Below are positions 19,175-29,282 of a stretch of 64,000 bases of DNA, one piece after another; position 1 is the first letter of the stretch, and every line of letters begins with the position of its first letter. Both the position numbers and the translations under genes were made by a program. The notes under the pieces are model-generated. The model did no database searches and had not been told where the DNA came from. It saw nothing but the letters and a program-made list of their open reading frames with translations. The DNA is from Longimicrobiales bacterium (GTDB taxonomy: Bacteria > Gemmatimonadota > Gemmatimonadetes > Longimicrobiales > Gaopeijiaceae): the NCBI GenBank assembly GCA_965219445.1, contig CBDCNQ010000004.1:233023-297022 (forward strand), in the 5' to 3' direction.

Positions 19175-19447
19175 TCAGCAACATCTGAAGTCGTCGAGAG
19201 GCGAATGATCCATGCCCATGCGGGTATGCCACTCGTGAAACCGTTCCAGCAAGACCGGCTGCAACTCCAGCGTGTAATACGAAGCCGGGTTCGGAACCCC
19301 CATCATCTCCGAGAAGATGAGCAGCATGAAGAGATCGTCCTGGTCCCGCTTCGCTCGAGCCACCGCGCCCCTGTACGGCACGTGGTAGACTTCGGAAGCC
19401 AGATATGCCCACCAGCGGAGCTTCTTCTTGATGTCAGCCCACTTCAT
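19175..19447 (-). CDS. Small CstA-associated protein ending in Cys-Cys
   Basis: ORF 19175..19447 (90 aa) ends ...SPLDDFRCC-stop. It sits 7 nt after the cstA stop. The C-terminal RCC tail recalls YbdD/YjiX (DUF466) and the family I recall being named cory-CC-star. Confidence 0.7.
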   Translation of the reverse strand: MKWADIKKKLRWWAYLASEVYHVPYRGAVARAKRDQDDLFMLLIFSEMMGVPNPASYYTLELQPVLLERFHEWHTRMGMDHSPLDDFRCC

Positions 19448-19453
19448 TCTTGT

Positions 19454-21154
19454 TTAGACGGGTACTCCCGGCCGGCCAGCGCGATCCGCCGCCCGCTTCT
19501 CCCGCGTAAAGGCGGACTGCGACTCGAGGAGCACGAAGATGGCCATGATGATGATCACGACGTCCACCGCCCCCAGCAGGTAGTTGGGGTTCCTCCAAAA
19601 CAGATCCCACAGCTGGTAGACCGCCGCCGCCAGAGACATCAGGGTGACGAAGACCATGGGCACGAGCGTGAAGATGTACCGCCGCCCGAGCTTGACCAAC
19701 ATGACGCTCAGCACGAGCAGCGTCAGGCCGGCCAGCAACTGGTTCGTGGTGCCGAAGAGAGGCCAGATGAGCATGCCACCCTGACCGTCCCTACCGCCCG
19801 CCCCGAACGCAAGCGCGAGGCACGCCGCCACGGCCGCGAAGGTCGCGATGTATCCGTTCTGCAACACACGAATGTTGTAGATGGTGCCCCATTCCTGGAC
19901 GATGTAACGCTGGAGGCGCACCCCGGCGTCCATCGTGGTTCCGGCGAACAGAACCGCCATGACCGCAAGCAGCGTCTGTGCGAATTCCCTGGACAGTGGC
20001 GTTCCGTCCGAAACGATCTGCGACCCGCCGGCGACGAACGTGGGGATGCCGATCGTGCCGCCGAACTCAGCGTACGTCGTCTGCCACTCGCCGAGCGAAG
20101 CGAAGCCCGCGCTGACGGCGATGATCGTGACGAGGGCGAGCATCCCCTCACCCGACGACCCCAGATAACCCACGAAGCGGGCGTCCGTCTCCTTGTTCAA
20201 CTGCTTGGACGTTGTACCGGAGGCCACAAGGCCGTGGAACCCTGAGAGAGCCCCGCATGCGATCGTGACGAAGAGCAGAGGCACCAATGGGGGGGTCCCT
20301 GCGGGAACGCTCGTGTTGTACATCGGTGCGACGACCGTGGGGTTCGCAATGAACACCGCGCCGAACAACAGGGCCAGCCCGATGATGAGCTGAATTCCGT
20401 TGATGTAGTCTCTCGGCTGAAGCAGTAACCAGACTGGAAGCAGCGACGCAATCGTGGCGTAGATGAAGAGAATTATGATCCACTGCGGAGCCGCTCCGAG
20501 ACCCATGAATGTCTCTGGGAGCGAGACCGGAACCTGGTCCCCCACATAGATCACCGCATAGAGGATGATGGTGCCGATGACCGTGGGCCACAGGATCGGG
20601 ACCTTCACCTTATAGATCAGCACGCCGATCGCCACAGCCACGGCGATCGCGCTCCAGGCCGGAATCACGCTACTGGGCGTCGCCACGAAGGCGTTGGAGA
20701 TCGCGACGGCGAACACGGCGTTGACCATCATCAACAGAAAGAAGATGACGATCATGAAGAGCGTGCGTGCACGGAGACTGACGACATCGGCGGTGAGTGA
20801 TCCGACGGACCTTCCCTGGTTACGGACGCTCGCCCAGATCGCGCCGAAGTCGTGCACGCCGGCAAAGAATATCGTGCCGCCGATGACCCATATGAACGCA
20901 GGCAGCCACCCCCAGATGACCGCGATGGCAGGTCCGATGATGGGCGCCGCACCCGCAACGGCCGTGAAGTGGTGACCCCACAGCACGACCCTGTTCGTTG
21001 GAATGAAGTCGATGTCGTCCCGCAAGGCGTGGGCCGGCGTCTCGAAATTCGGATCGAGCTGATAGATCTTCTCGGCGATGAACTTCGAGTAGAAGAAATA
21101 GCCGGAAGCCACGAGTACGATGCCGATTACCGCAGGGACGATTGCGCTCATCAT
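19454..21154 (-). CDS. cstA: Carbon starvation protein A (peptide/pyruvate transporter)
   Basis: ORF 19454..21154. Contains LWGHHFTAVAGAAPIIGPAIAVIWGWLPAFIWVIGGTIFFAGVHDF and multiple TM helices along the full length. Confidence 0.95.
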   Translation of the reverse strand: MMSAIVPAVIGIVLVASGYFFYSKFIAEKIYQLDPNFETPAHALRDDIDFIPTNRVVLWGHHFTAVAGAAPIIGPAIAVIWGWLPAFIWVIGGTIFFAGVHDFGAIWASVRNQGRSVGSLTADVVSLRARTLFMIVIFFLLMMVNAVFAVAISNAFVATPSSVIPAWSAIAVAVAIGVLIYKVKVPILWPTVIGTIILYAVIYVGDQVPVSLPETFMGLGAAPQWIIILFIYATIASLLPVWLLLQPRDYINGIQLIIGLALLFGAVFIANPTVVAPMYNTSVPAGTPPLVPLLFVTIACGALSGFHGLVASGTTSKQLNKETDARFVGYLGSSGEGMLALVTIIAVSAGFASLGEWQTTYAEFGGTIGIPTFVAGGSQIVSDGTPLSREFAQTLLAVMAVLFAGTTMDAGVRLQRYIVQEWGTIYNIRVLQNGYIATFAAVAACLALAFGAGGRDGQGGMLIWPLFGTTNQLLAGLTLLVLSVMLVKLGRRYIFTLVPMVFVTLMSLAAAVYQLWDLFWRNPNYLLGAVDVVIIIMAIFVLLESQSAFTREKRAADRAGRPGVPV

Positions 21155-21220
21155 TCAACCAGGGCTTTAGGTGGACTCGGGGCAACTGCGGCGGCAATGT
21201 AAGGAGAAAAGTCGCTCCCG

Positions 21221-22117
21221 TCAGCCCTGGGAGTGAATGAAGTCGGTAAAACCGCTGTCGTAATCGGACAGACCTTTTTGCCCGGTCATCCTCATACGCT
21301 CCTCCATGATCGGCTTCATGACGGTCCATACGGCCCGTTCATAGGCCGAGGGCTCCGGCCGAAGGGCGTGGAAGTCCTTCGCCAGTTCCTCGCGTAACCC
21401 CGACTCCTCCACCAGGCGGTGATAGTGTCCGATGTCCCCATCCGCCAGCACGCGCAGGTTGCGATGTGTGCGTTCGGCTAGTGCGGCTTGCACAAGGACC
21501 GGGTCGTCCGAGGTGCTGAGCGCGAGATAGGCGATAGCCTGCGCTTGAAGCTCCTTGTAGTAGCCTTTTCTGTGGCAAAACTCGTGTGCGATGATGTGCG
21601 GCTCGAAGACGCCAGAATCCCGGAAGATCGTGACGTCACCGGAAAGGATGTCGCATGCACCCAGGGCGAAAGGAAACAAGAGCTTGGAGAGGGCCACGCT
21701 ACGAAGTTCGGCGCTCGTCTCGACTCGCTGGCCGGTGATCGAGGCGATGTAGGCGGTCAGATGCTCGTTCACGACCCGGGCCAACTGTCCTCGTGAAAGC
21801 GCCGGCGGCTGGTAGTCCCGGTTGAGAACAGCGACGAGATCGGCAACGGTTTCGCGCCGCGCCTCCTCGCTCATGGCCTCGAGGTCGGATGGGTCCTGAC
21901 CGAAAGTCTCCTCGAAGTCGATAGGGCGGGCGTCCTGGCGGGCAAGCCAATCGCTCAGCGCGCTTCCCGCGTAGGCGCCCAGGGCGACCGCTTGGACGAT
22001 GCGGCCTGGCATGCTCGCTCGGAACAGCAAACGGGACGCCAAGGGAGCCAGCATGAAGACGTCGGCGAGGGCAAACGGCGCATAAGTCGCCTGGTTTGGG
22101 ATTTCTACACGGTCCAT
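21221..22117 (-). CDS. Putative zinc metalloprotease (HExxH; DUF3810-like)
   Basis: ORF 21221..22276 trimmed to MDRVEIPNQ so that it does not overlap the divergent gene. Has an IIAHEFCHRKGY motif and N-terminal hydrophobic segments. Confidence 0.6.
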   Translation of the reverse strand: MDRVEIPNQATYAPFALADVFMLAPLASRLLFRASMPGRIVQAVALGAYAGSALSDWLARQDARPIDFEETFGQDPSDLEAMSEEARRETVADLVAVLNRDYQPPALSRGQLARVVNEHLTAYIASITGQRVETSAELRSVALSKLLFPFALGACDILSGDVTIFRDSGVFEPHIIAHEFCHRKGYYKELQAQAIAYLALSTSDDPVLVQAALAERTHRNLRVLADGDIGHYHRLVEESGLREELAKDFHALRPEPSAYERAVWTVMKPIMEERMRMTGQKGLSDYDSGFTDFIHSQG

Positions 22118-22244
22118 TGCCACAGTACCCACGCTCGACGGTCGTGGGTCCCGTACTGCGGGAGGGTGGAAGAGGGGCTCACGGTCCCGCTCCGGTGGCC
22201 CACCCCTCTTTCCGATCACCCTTCCAACGGTACAATGCTTCGAA

Positions 22245-23159
22245 ATGCCATCGACCGAACCAGCTTGGTTTCTCACGATCCCTTGGGCCCTGCTCCTCTT
22301 CCCGGGTGCCGGTCTGGCTCAGAATGGTGGCCGCGACGCATGGTTTCCAGATGCGGAATACTTCTCCCGGCCCACGGCCTCGGTGCGAGAACCGACCTTC
22401 GCGATCGGGGCCGTGTGGAGCACGGTGTTCAGAGACCGATCCGACCCCGCCGAACGCTCACCCTTCGACCTCCAGGGTGGAACCGGGCTGGGAACCGACC
22501 TCCAGGGTGAGGCGGCACTCGGGGGCAACATCCGGATCTGGCAGCCGCTGCAGTGGGCCGATGGCGGACTCACGCTGGGCATCCAAGCCGGAGTCTTCGG
22601 CCGTTTTCGCTTCGAGGTCTCGAACAACGACCTCGTGGCCTCCGACTGGATCGTGGGCCTCCCAGCAGAGATCGCGCACGGACCTTGGTCTGGACGTCTA
22701 CGCGTTCTGCACTGGAGCGCTCATGTGGGCGACGAGCTGATCGAGGCGGGTGTCGAACGCGTCGACTTTACCACGGAGACGCTGGAGGCGCTGGCCGCCT
22801 ATGGGTCCGGCGATTTTCGGTTCTACGGAGGCGGAAGCCTGGTGGTCCGCTCGAGCCTCGAGAACGAGCCTCAGTTGGGCCCGGCCTTCTCCGATGACGT
22901 GCTGATGCGCTTGGGCGCCGACGCGCGCGTGCGCCCATGGGCCCGAGACGACGTAACCGTGGACGGAGGAGTGGACTGGCAAAGCAGCGACCGCACGGGG
23001 TGGGCGGGCCAGCTTTCCGTCCGGCTCGGCCTCAGCGTGCGTGACGGTGCCCGCTCAGCACAGTTGAGTGGCATCTACCACCGTGGGCCATCGCCCATGG
23101 GTCAATTCTTCCTCACGGACGAGCGATACTGGGGCATCGAGTTGATCCTAGCGCCTTGA
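22245..23159 (+). CDS. DUF1207-like outer-membrane protein
   Basis: ORF 22245..23159. Signal peptide WFLTIPWALLLFPGAGLAQ and an RLRVLHWSAHVGDE motif, with beta-rich alternating sequence. Confidence 0.7.
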   Translation: MPSTEPAWFLTIPWALLLFPGAGLAQNGGRDAWFPDAEYFSRPTASVREPTFAIGAVWSTVFRDRSDPAERSPFDLQGGTGLGTDLQGEAALGGNIRIWQPLQWADGGLTLGIQAGVFGRFRFEVSNNDLVASDWIVGLPAEIAHGPWSGRLRVLHWSAHVGDELIEAGVERVDFTTETLEALAAYGSGDFRFYGGGSLVVRSSLENEPQLGPAFSDDVLMRLGADARVRPWARDDVTVDGGVDWQSSDRTGWAGQLSVRLGLSVRDGARSAQLSGIYHRGPSPMGQFFLTDERYWGIELILAP

Positions 23160-23321
23160 GCGGCGAACGTTCCGGCGTCTCCGAACCGATGCACTCCCTG
23201 ATTTCGGAGTCCAACACGATCAACCGTATTCGTGTGAGTCATAGCGAAGACGTCCATCTGTGCTCTGGAGGCCGCCCATGACCTACCCGCTCATGGAGCT
23301 GCGAGCCACGGGTTCCTTCCG

Positions 23322-24683
23322 ATGACGATTTCCGGAAACGGCACGTCCTCAGACGGCGCATCTTCACGCTTTCCCGTCGGCATGTCCTCGACAAGCAGGA
23401 AGACGATCTGGGGGTGGGCGCTCTACGACTTCGGCAATTCGGCGTTCTTTACGGTAATCGTGACGTTCACATACGGGGTCTTCTTCGCTGAGGAGATCGT
23501 CCCGGACGGGACCATCGGTTCGGTCGTTTGGGCGAACGCGATCACGGTAGCGGCGGTGATCATCGCGTTGACTTCGCCCTTCTTGGGCGCCCTTGCGGAC
23601 CGTGGCGGCCATCGTCGGCGGTACCTGTTCATCGCGACGACGATTGCGATCATCGGAACGGCCTTGCTCTACTTTCCGACTCCGGGAGAGGTGCGCCTGG
23701 CGCTGGTAATCTTCGTGATCGCCAACGTCGCGGCCGAGTTGGCGATGGTGTTTTACAACTCGTACCTGCCCGACATCTCCACGCCGGACAACATCGGTAA
23801 GATCTCGGGCTATGGATGGTCGCTGGGTTACCTGGGCGGGCTGCTCGTCATGGGGATCGCGCTGGTCGGCTTTGTCCAGACGGACCAGCCCTGGTTCGGT
23901 ATTCCGGCGGGCGAGCTCGCACAGTTTCAAAATGTGCGAGCCACTACGCTGGTGGTCGCGTTGTGGTTCGCGGTCTTTGCCATCCCGATATTCCGGTGGG
24001 TTCCCGAGCCCGAACGCGCCGGTGCCCCCCCGCTCCGTGAACTCTTGCGGGGGACCGTTAGCCAGCTCAGGAACACCTTCGAGGACGTCCGGCGTTACGC
24101 TCAGGTCGCTCGGCTGCTGGTCGCTCGTCTCATCTACAACGATGGCCTCGGCATGATCTTCGGTATCGGGGCGATCTATACCACCGAGGCCTTTGGCTTT
24201 ACGCTCACTCAGGCGATGACGTTCGGTTTGGCGATCCAGGTGGCGGCCGGTCTGGGCGCGTTGGCGATGGGCTTTCTCGACGACCGAGTCGGTGGCAAGA
24301 AGACGATCCTCATCTCTCTGGTCGGGTTGACGCTTGCGGTCCTGTGGGCCACGCTCGCTCCGGCAGAGAGCACGAACTCCATATACGCGGCGGGGTTGGC
24401 CATCGGCATATTCATGGGTCCGAATCAATCCGCGAGCCGCTCACTGCTTGGCCGTTTTGCGCCCCCTGAAAAAGAGACTGAGTTTTACGGCTTCTTCGCG
24501 TTCTCCGGGAAAGCCACCGCCTTTGTGGGGACCATCGTCTACGCGAGCATGACCACGGCCTTCGGGAACCCTCGATACGGCGCGGGCGCCATCGTCGTCT
24601 TTTTCCTCATCGGCGGGCTGATCCTCCTCACCGTGGATGAGCGAGCGGGCGTGGCCGCGAGCGGGCGGACTGCTGCTTCATAG
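23322..24683 (+). CDS. MFS transporter, UMF1/Atg22-like
   Basis: ORF 23322..24683. Contains WGWALYDFGNSAFFTVIVTFTYGVFF and about 12 TM segments. Confidence 0.8.
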   Translation: MTISGNGTSSDGASSRFPVGMSSTSRKTIWGWALYDFGNSAFFTVIVTFTYGVFFAEEIVPDGTIGSVVWANAITVAAVIIALTSPFLGALADRGGHRRRYLFIATTIAIIGTALLYFPTPGEVRLALVIFVIANVAAELAMVFYNSYLPDISTPDNIGKISGYGWSLGYLGGLLVMGIALVGFVQTDQPWFGIPAGELAQFQNVRATTLVVALWFAVFAIPIFRWVPEPERAGAPPLRELLRGTVSQLRNTFEDVRRYAQVARLLVARLIYNDGLGMIFGIGAIYTTEAFGFTLTQAMTFGLAIQVAAGLGALAMGFLDDRVGGKKTILISLVGLTLAVLWATLAPAESTNSIYAAGLAIGIFMGPNQSASRSLLGRFAPPEKETEFYGFFAFSGKATAFVGTIVYASMTTAFGNPRYGAGAIVVFFLIGGLILLTVDERAGVAASGRTAAS

Positions 24684-24718
24684 CCATGCGTATCGTCTAG
24701 CATGTGTATCGTCTAGCC

Positions 24719-25294
24719 ATGCGCATCGTCGCTGGAAAGCACGCGGGCCGGCACCTGACCTCCCCTGCCAAGCGGATTCGGCCCACCGCAGAGACGGTTC
24801 GGGACCGCTGGCTCATCCGTCTCAAGGACGACCTCGAGGGCGCGCGGGTGTTGGATCTCTTCGCGGGCTCCGGAGCGCTGGGGCTCGAAGCGCTTTCTCG
24901 AGGCGCCACATCGGTGGATTTCGTGGAAAACGGTGCGGAGGCGCTCCACTCGCTCAAAGCCAACGTGACGGCGCTCCGAGAGAAAAAGCGTACACGCATC
25001 TTCAAGCGGGACGCCATCGTCTTCGCCGAGGCGCTGGAGGAACACAGCTACGACATCGTGTTTGTCGATGCGCCCTACGGATCGAAGAAATTGGACCGCA
25101 TCGTAGGCATCTGGGCCGCTTGTCACTTCGCCCGGATTCTCGGGGCGGAGCACGCACGGGACCACCTGCTTTCCAGCGAGCGACTTCGAGGACGCACGCG
25201 GTTCAGCGGCGAGACGGGTGTGACGATCTTCCGTGCCTCGATCGTCGAGGGGCTGCAAAAGAAAGTGTTATCACCTCGCCGAACCGACATGTAA
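24719..25294 (+). CDS. rsmD: 16S rRNA (guanine966-N2)-methyltransferase RsmD
   Basis: ORF 24704..25294 starting at MRIVAGKHAGRHL. Contains RPTAETVRDRW, VLDLFAGSGALGLEALSRGA and FVDAPY motifs. Confidence 0.85.
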   Translation: MRIVAGKHAGRHLTSPAKRIRPTAETVRDRWLIRLKDDLEGARVLDLFAGSGALGLEALSRGATSVDFVENGAEALHSLKANVTALREKKRTRIFKRDAIVFAEALEEHSYDIVFVDAPYGSKKLDRIVGIWAACHFARILGAEHARDHLLSSERLRGRTRFSGETGVTIFRASIVEGLQKKVLSPRRTDM

Positions 25295-25392
25295 CTTTTA
25301 TTTATACGAGAAGATCTATTCGAGAACGTCGAGCAGCACAGCGGGCATGACCCTCGCGGGAGTCTATTCTGATTAACAGACGTTGGCGGCAG

Positions 25393-25869
25393 TTGCGCCA
25401 ATTGATCGAGCGATACCGTTCGCGCTTCGAGGTGCCGCCGGCAGGATTCACCCTTCTGGAGCTGCTGATGGTGACCGTGATTGTCGGAACGCTTTCGACC
25501 ATGGTCGCGCCGTCACTCCAGAGGGCTCGCGAGCAGGCGCAGGTCGGGGCCGCCATTTCCGAGATCAGAATCATCGAAGCGGAGCTGGCGATCTACATCG
25601 AGATCAACTTCGGGCCACCGGTGAGCTTGGCCGCGATCGACCGGGCGGGCCTGGTCGATCCGTGGGGATATCCCTACGTCTACAACTTAGTGACGGGCCC
25701 CGGGGGCGCGCGCAAGGACAAGTTCATGGTCCCGCTCAATACCGACTACGACCTGTACAGTGTCGGAGCGGACGGCGAGAGCGTCGGTCCCCTTTCTGCA
25801 AAGAAGAGCAAGGACGATGTCATCCGTGCCCTGAACGGAGGCTATGTCGGCCTCGCTTCGAATTTCTGA
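25393..25869 (+). CDS. Prepilin-type N-terminal cleavage/methylation protein (GspG-like pseudopilin)
   Basis: ORF 25393..25869. Has the PAG-FTLLELLMVTVIVGTLSTMVAP prepilin signature. Confidence 0.75.
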   Translation: MRQLIERYRSRFEVPPAGFTLLELLMVTVIVGTLSTMVAPSLQRAREQAQVGAAISEIRIIEAELAIYIEINFGPPVSLAAIDRAGLVDPWGYPYVYNLVTGPGGARKDKFMVPLNTDYDLYSVGADGESVGPLSAKKSKDDVIRALNGGYVGLASNF

Positions 25870-25896
25870 TGGCATGGACAGGATGAATCGGATTCA

Positions 25897-27654
25897 ATGA
25901 GATTCGACTTCGAGCACTTCAGAACCAAGATCGGTCGGAAAATCGTGGGCCTGTTCGTCCTTTGTGCCATCCTTCCGATGGCGACTCTGTCGTTGGTTTC
26001 CTATTTGAGGGTCGAGTCGGAGCTCCGTAATCGGAACACCGAAGTGATGAATTCGGGCGCGTCCAACACTCAGATGGGGGTTCTGGAAAGGCTCCAAGCC
26101 GTCGAGAGTGAGCTGATCCTCCTGGCCGCCTCTCCCGGCGTAGACCGTGCACTCGAAGGAACGGGCGATGCTCCGAGCGGGTCGGAGTCCCTGCGGCGGC
26201 TCAGCGCCCTGACGTTGGCTATGTCGGATGCGACCATTTCGATCCATGGCGACCTGACCGATACACCAGAGCTTCCTTCCGAGACGCTCGCCAATCTGGA
26301 CGGCGGCCAGAGCGCGTTGGCCGTGATCCTGGGTGCGGGTGGCAGGCCGGAGATCCTGATCGCACGTGCTCCTGCCGGAACGAGCACGGACGCCGGCATA
26401 CTCTGGGGGCGAATCATAGCCGACAGCCTCTGGGCCACGGCACAGGTATACGCCGTCGGCGTCGCCGCCAGCGAGATCGACCTTCAGGACGACAGCGGCT
26501 ACTGCGTGCTGGACGGGGCCCGGCGGCCCCTGGACTGTGCCGGGGCACTGGTGGCGTGGCTCTCCGGGGGGGTTCCCGAGGACATCGATATCCCGGAGAA
26601 CACCGTTCACGGAGCCCTCTCATGGGCCACCGACCAGACGCCGTATGCCGGCCACTACCGCCATCTGTTCTTGAGTGGCTTCAACAGCGACGACTGGACG
26701 ATCGTGCTCGCAAGAGACGAGCGAAGCGTACTGCAAGAGTTGGCGGAGTTCCGGAGAATACTGATCGGTTTCTTCGTGCTCACGGGTGCTTTGGTCCTAT
26801 TGTTCAGCGCCGGCGGCATTCGCCAAAGCATGGAGCCGCTGGCCAAGCTCCGGGAGGGTACCCGCCGGGTCGCCGCACAGGACTTCAGCACCCGCGTGCA
26901 CATTTCGAGTGGAGACGAGTTCGAGGAGCTGGCCGGATCCTTCAACGACATGGCGACCAAGGTCGGGACCCTGGTCGAGGAGTTGAAGGATCTCAACTGG
27001 AGCACGATCACGACGCTCGCCCGTACCATCGACGCGAAATCTCCCTGGACCGCGGGCCATTCAGAGCGCGTGTCCCAGATGTCTGTGGCGATCGCACGGG
27101 TTATGGGGTTGGGCGAGGCCGAGATTGAGCGGCTATATCGCGGCGGACTCCTCCACGACATCGGTAAGATCGGCGTACCCATCACGATCATCGACAAGAA
27201 GGGGCGGCTCACCGACGAGGAGATGGCCGTGATGCGGAGTCACGTAACCGTCGGCGCGAAGATTCTCGAGCCGCTCACTGCCCTCGAGGACGTGATACCG
27301 ATCGTTCTCTACCACCATGAACGCTTCGACGGCAAAGGGTATGAGGCCGGATTGGCCGGCACGGACATTCCTCGGTTGGCGCGGATCCTGTGCGTTGCGG
27401 ACAGCTACGACGCGATGCGCTCCGACCGGCCGTACCGTGCCGGAAGAAGCCCGGACGAGACGCTCGAGGAGATCGCTCTGTGCTCGGGAAGCCAGTTCGA
27501 TCCGGACGCCGTCCAGGCCTTCGTCGAGTATATGTCGTCGGAGGAAGGAGAGCTCGCGTCCACGGGGAAATTCTCGCAGCCCTTCGGCGTGCCTGCTGAA
27601 AAGCGTGTGAGGTCGTCGCGCACACTCGCTGGTGGCGAGAGGGTACCCGCGTGA
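25897..27654 (+). CDS. HD-GYP phosphodiesterase with TM sensor and HAMP domains
   Basis: ORF 25897..27654. Contains a HAMP-like region (VAAQDFSTRVHISSGDEFEELAGSFNDM), HSERVSQMSVAIA, LLHDIGKIGVP and HHERFDGKGY. Confidence 0.9.
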   Translation: MRFDFEHFRTKIGRKIVGLFVLCAILPMATLSLVSYLRVESELRNRNTEVMNSGASNTQMGVLERLQAVESELILLAASPGVDRALEGTGDAPSGSESLRRLSALTLAMSDATISIHGDLTDTPELPSETLANLDGGQSALAVILGAGGRPEILIARAPAGTSTDAGILWGRIIADSLWATAQVYAVGVAASEIDLQDDSGYCVLDGARRPLDCAGALVAWLSGGVPEDIDIPENTVHGALSWATDQTPYAGHYRHLFLSGFNSDDWTIVLARDERSVLQELAEFRRILIGFFVLTGALVLLFSAGGIRQSMEPLAKLREGTRRVAAQDFSTRVHISSGDEFEELAGSFNDMATKVGTLVEELKDLNWSTITTLARTIDAKSPWTAGHSERVSQMSVAIARVMGLGEAEIERLYRGGLLHDIGKIGVPITIIDKKGRLTDEEMAVMRSHVTVGAKILEPLTALEDVIPIVLYHHERFDGKGYEAGLAGTDIPRLARILCVADSYDAMRSDRPYRAGRSPDETLEEIALCSGSQFDPDAVQAFVEYMSSEEGELASTGKFSQPFGVPAEKRVRSSRTLAGGERVPA

Positions 27655-28100
27655 AACGCGACGCAGGGTACGCATCGTGCAAATGGTACGCATTGGGTGC
27701 CTTCCTCCTGATCGGCGCGTGTGGACGCCCAACCTTCGACGCACCTCCGGCGAGCATCGAGGGGAGGTGGACCACCGCCGACGACCCACGGTATGCGGAT
27801 CGCGCGTTCGAGATCACAGAAGATTTTCTCTATTTGCTACAAGGAGGAGACACGTTCGCGGTGCACAAGATTCGCGATGTGGAGGTGATCGATGACGACC
27901 TTCCCCGCTACACTATCGAGTATCGAGGAGACGAGGGTGACTTGTTCACCCTCCGTGTCTACCTGTCGCAGGAGGAGGGAGGCACCCTCTTCTTGGCAAA
28001 CCAGATGAATATGAAGTGGCGCAGAGACCCTGATGCCTCCGTGCCGTGGGGCGTACTCTTGGATTTAGAGAGAAACGAGGCGCCCCGATCCGGGTCGTAG
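27651..28100 (+). CDS. Hypothetical lipoprotein
   Basis: ORF 27651..28100. Has the lipobox LLIGAC. No family recognised. Confidence 0.5.
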   Translation: MKRDAGYASCKWYALGAFLLIGACGRPTFDAPPASIEGRWTTADDPRYADRAFEITEDFLYLLQGGDTFAVHKIRDVEVIDDDLPRYTIEYRGDEGDLFTLRVYLSQEEGGTLFLANQMNMKWRRDPDASVPWGVLLDLERNEAPRSGS

Positions 28101-28253
28101 CGGCTTAGGGGCTCAGGGCCTAGGTAGAGGCCGCTCCGGCCAGTTCCACACCGAGGCACACCGGGCCTCACACCCACACTTGTTTGACAGAGCCGCCTCA
28201 CCTCTGGCACTTTCCTTGGACACCGCCGGAACCTTTGCTCAAGGAAGCTGGCA

Positions 28254-29213
28254 ATGGAGCAGCGCGAGCCGGATCGTCTCGTCCACGGGGCCCTCGCAGG
28301 TGCGGTGGCGGGCATCGTGGTGGTTATCTGGTTCCTTGTGATGGATATGGTCGCAGGCCATCCGTTCGACACTCCCGCACGCCTCTCGAGCGCCGTGTTA
28401 CGGACCGAGTTCAGCGGACCGTTGCCACGCCTGATGATGCTCTATACGGTCCTTCATTTCGGAGTATTTATCGCGCTCGGGGTGGCGGCGACGTGGACCC
28501 TCGAAGTGCTCCGGATCCAGCCGGGGCTTGTGGTAGGCGGCGTGTTCGCGGTCGGCGTTCTCAACACGGTTCATTATGTGGGCCTACTCGTGACCGGAAC
28601 CAACCTTCTCACCATCGTCCCGATTCAGCAGGTGGCCGCGGCCAACCTCCTCGGCGGCACGCTGATGATGGCGTACCTACACCGGGCTCTCGGCTCCGAG
28701 GAGCCCTTCGGATGGAATGTGCTCCGGCGATACCCAGTCCTCTTCGAGGGCTTCGGAACGGGCCTAGTGGGGGCGGCCGCAGTCGCCGTCTGGTTCCTGA
28801 TCGTTGATCTATTGGCCGGCTCTCCACTCCATACACCTGCCGCGCTGGGGTCGGCCGTGCTTCTCGGCGCTGAGAACGCCACCGAAATCGAGCTCAATGT
28901 GGCCGTCGTGGCCGTGTACTCGCTCCTCCACCTATCCGTGTTCATCACCGTCGGGATGGGCTTTTCTTGGATGGTCCAGGAGCTACACGGGGCATTGGCA
29001 TTCGGGGTACGCGCCCTCATCGTACTGCTCGTCATGGAGGGCCTGTTCATCGGGTCGGTCGGCATGGTAAACAGCTGGATCGTCCAGGAAATCGGATGGG
29101 TGAGCATCTTGGTGGCCAACGTCCTGGCCGTAGCCGGCATGAGCGGTTGGATTTGGCAGCACCACCCCGACATCCGACGCCGAAAGGCATCCAGCGCACC
29201 GGTCGGAGTTTGA
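28254..29213 (+). CDS. Hypothetical polytopic membrane protein with internal duplication
   Basis: ORF 28254..29213. The two halves align: AGAVAGIVVVIWFLVMDMVAGHPFDTPARLSSAVL with VGAAAVAVWFLIVDLLAGSPLHTPAALGSAVL, and YTVLHFGVFIALG with YSLLHLSVFITVG. Confidence 0.6.
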   Translation: MEQREPDRLVHGALAGAVAGIVVVIWFLVMDMVAGHPFDTPARLSSAVLRTEFSGPLPRLMMLYTVLHFGVFIALGVAATWTLEVLRIQPGLVVGGVFAVGVLNTVHYVGLLVTGTNLLTIVPIQQVAAANLLGGTLMMAYLHRALGSEEPFGWNVLRRYPVLFEGFGTGLVGAAAVAVWFLIVDLLAGSPLHTPAALGSAVLLGAENATEIELNVAVVAVYSLLHLSVFITVGMGFSWMVQELHGALAFGVRALIVLLVMEGLFIGSVGMVNSWIVQEIGWVSILVANVLAVAGMSGWIWQHHPDIRRRKASSAPVGV

Positions 29214-29282
29214 GCTACGGCACTTCACGCAGCCTCACGTTCCCGCTGGGGCCTCCGCCCCGGCACAAACCACGGAGGATCA

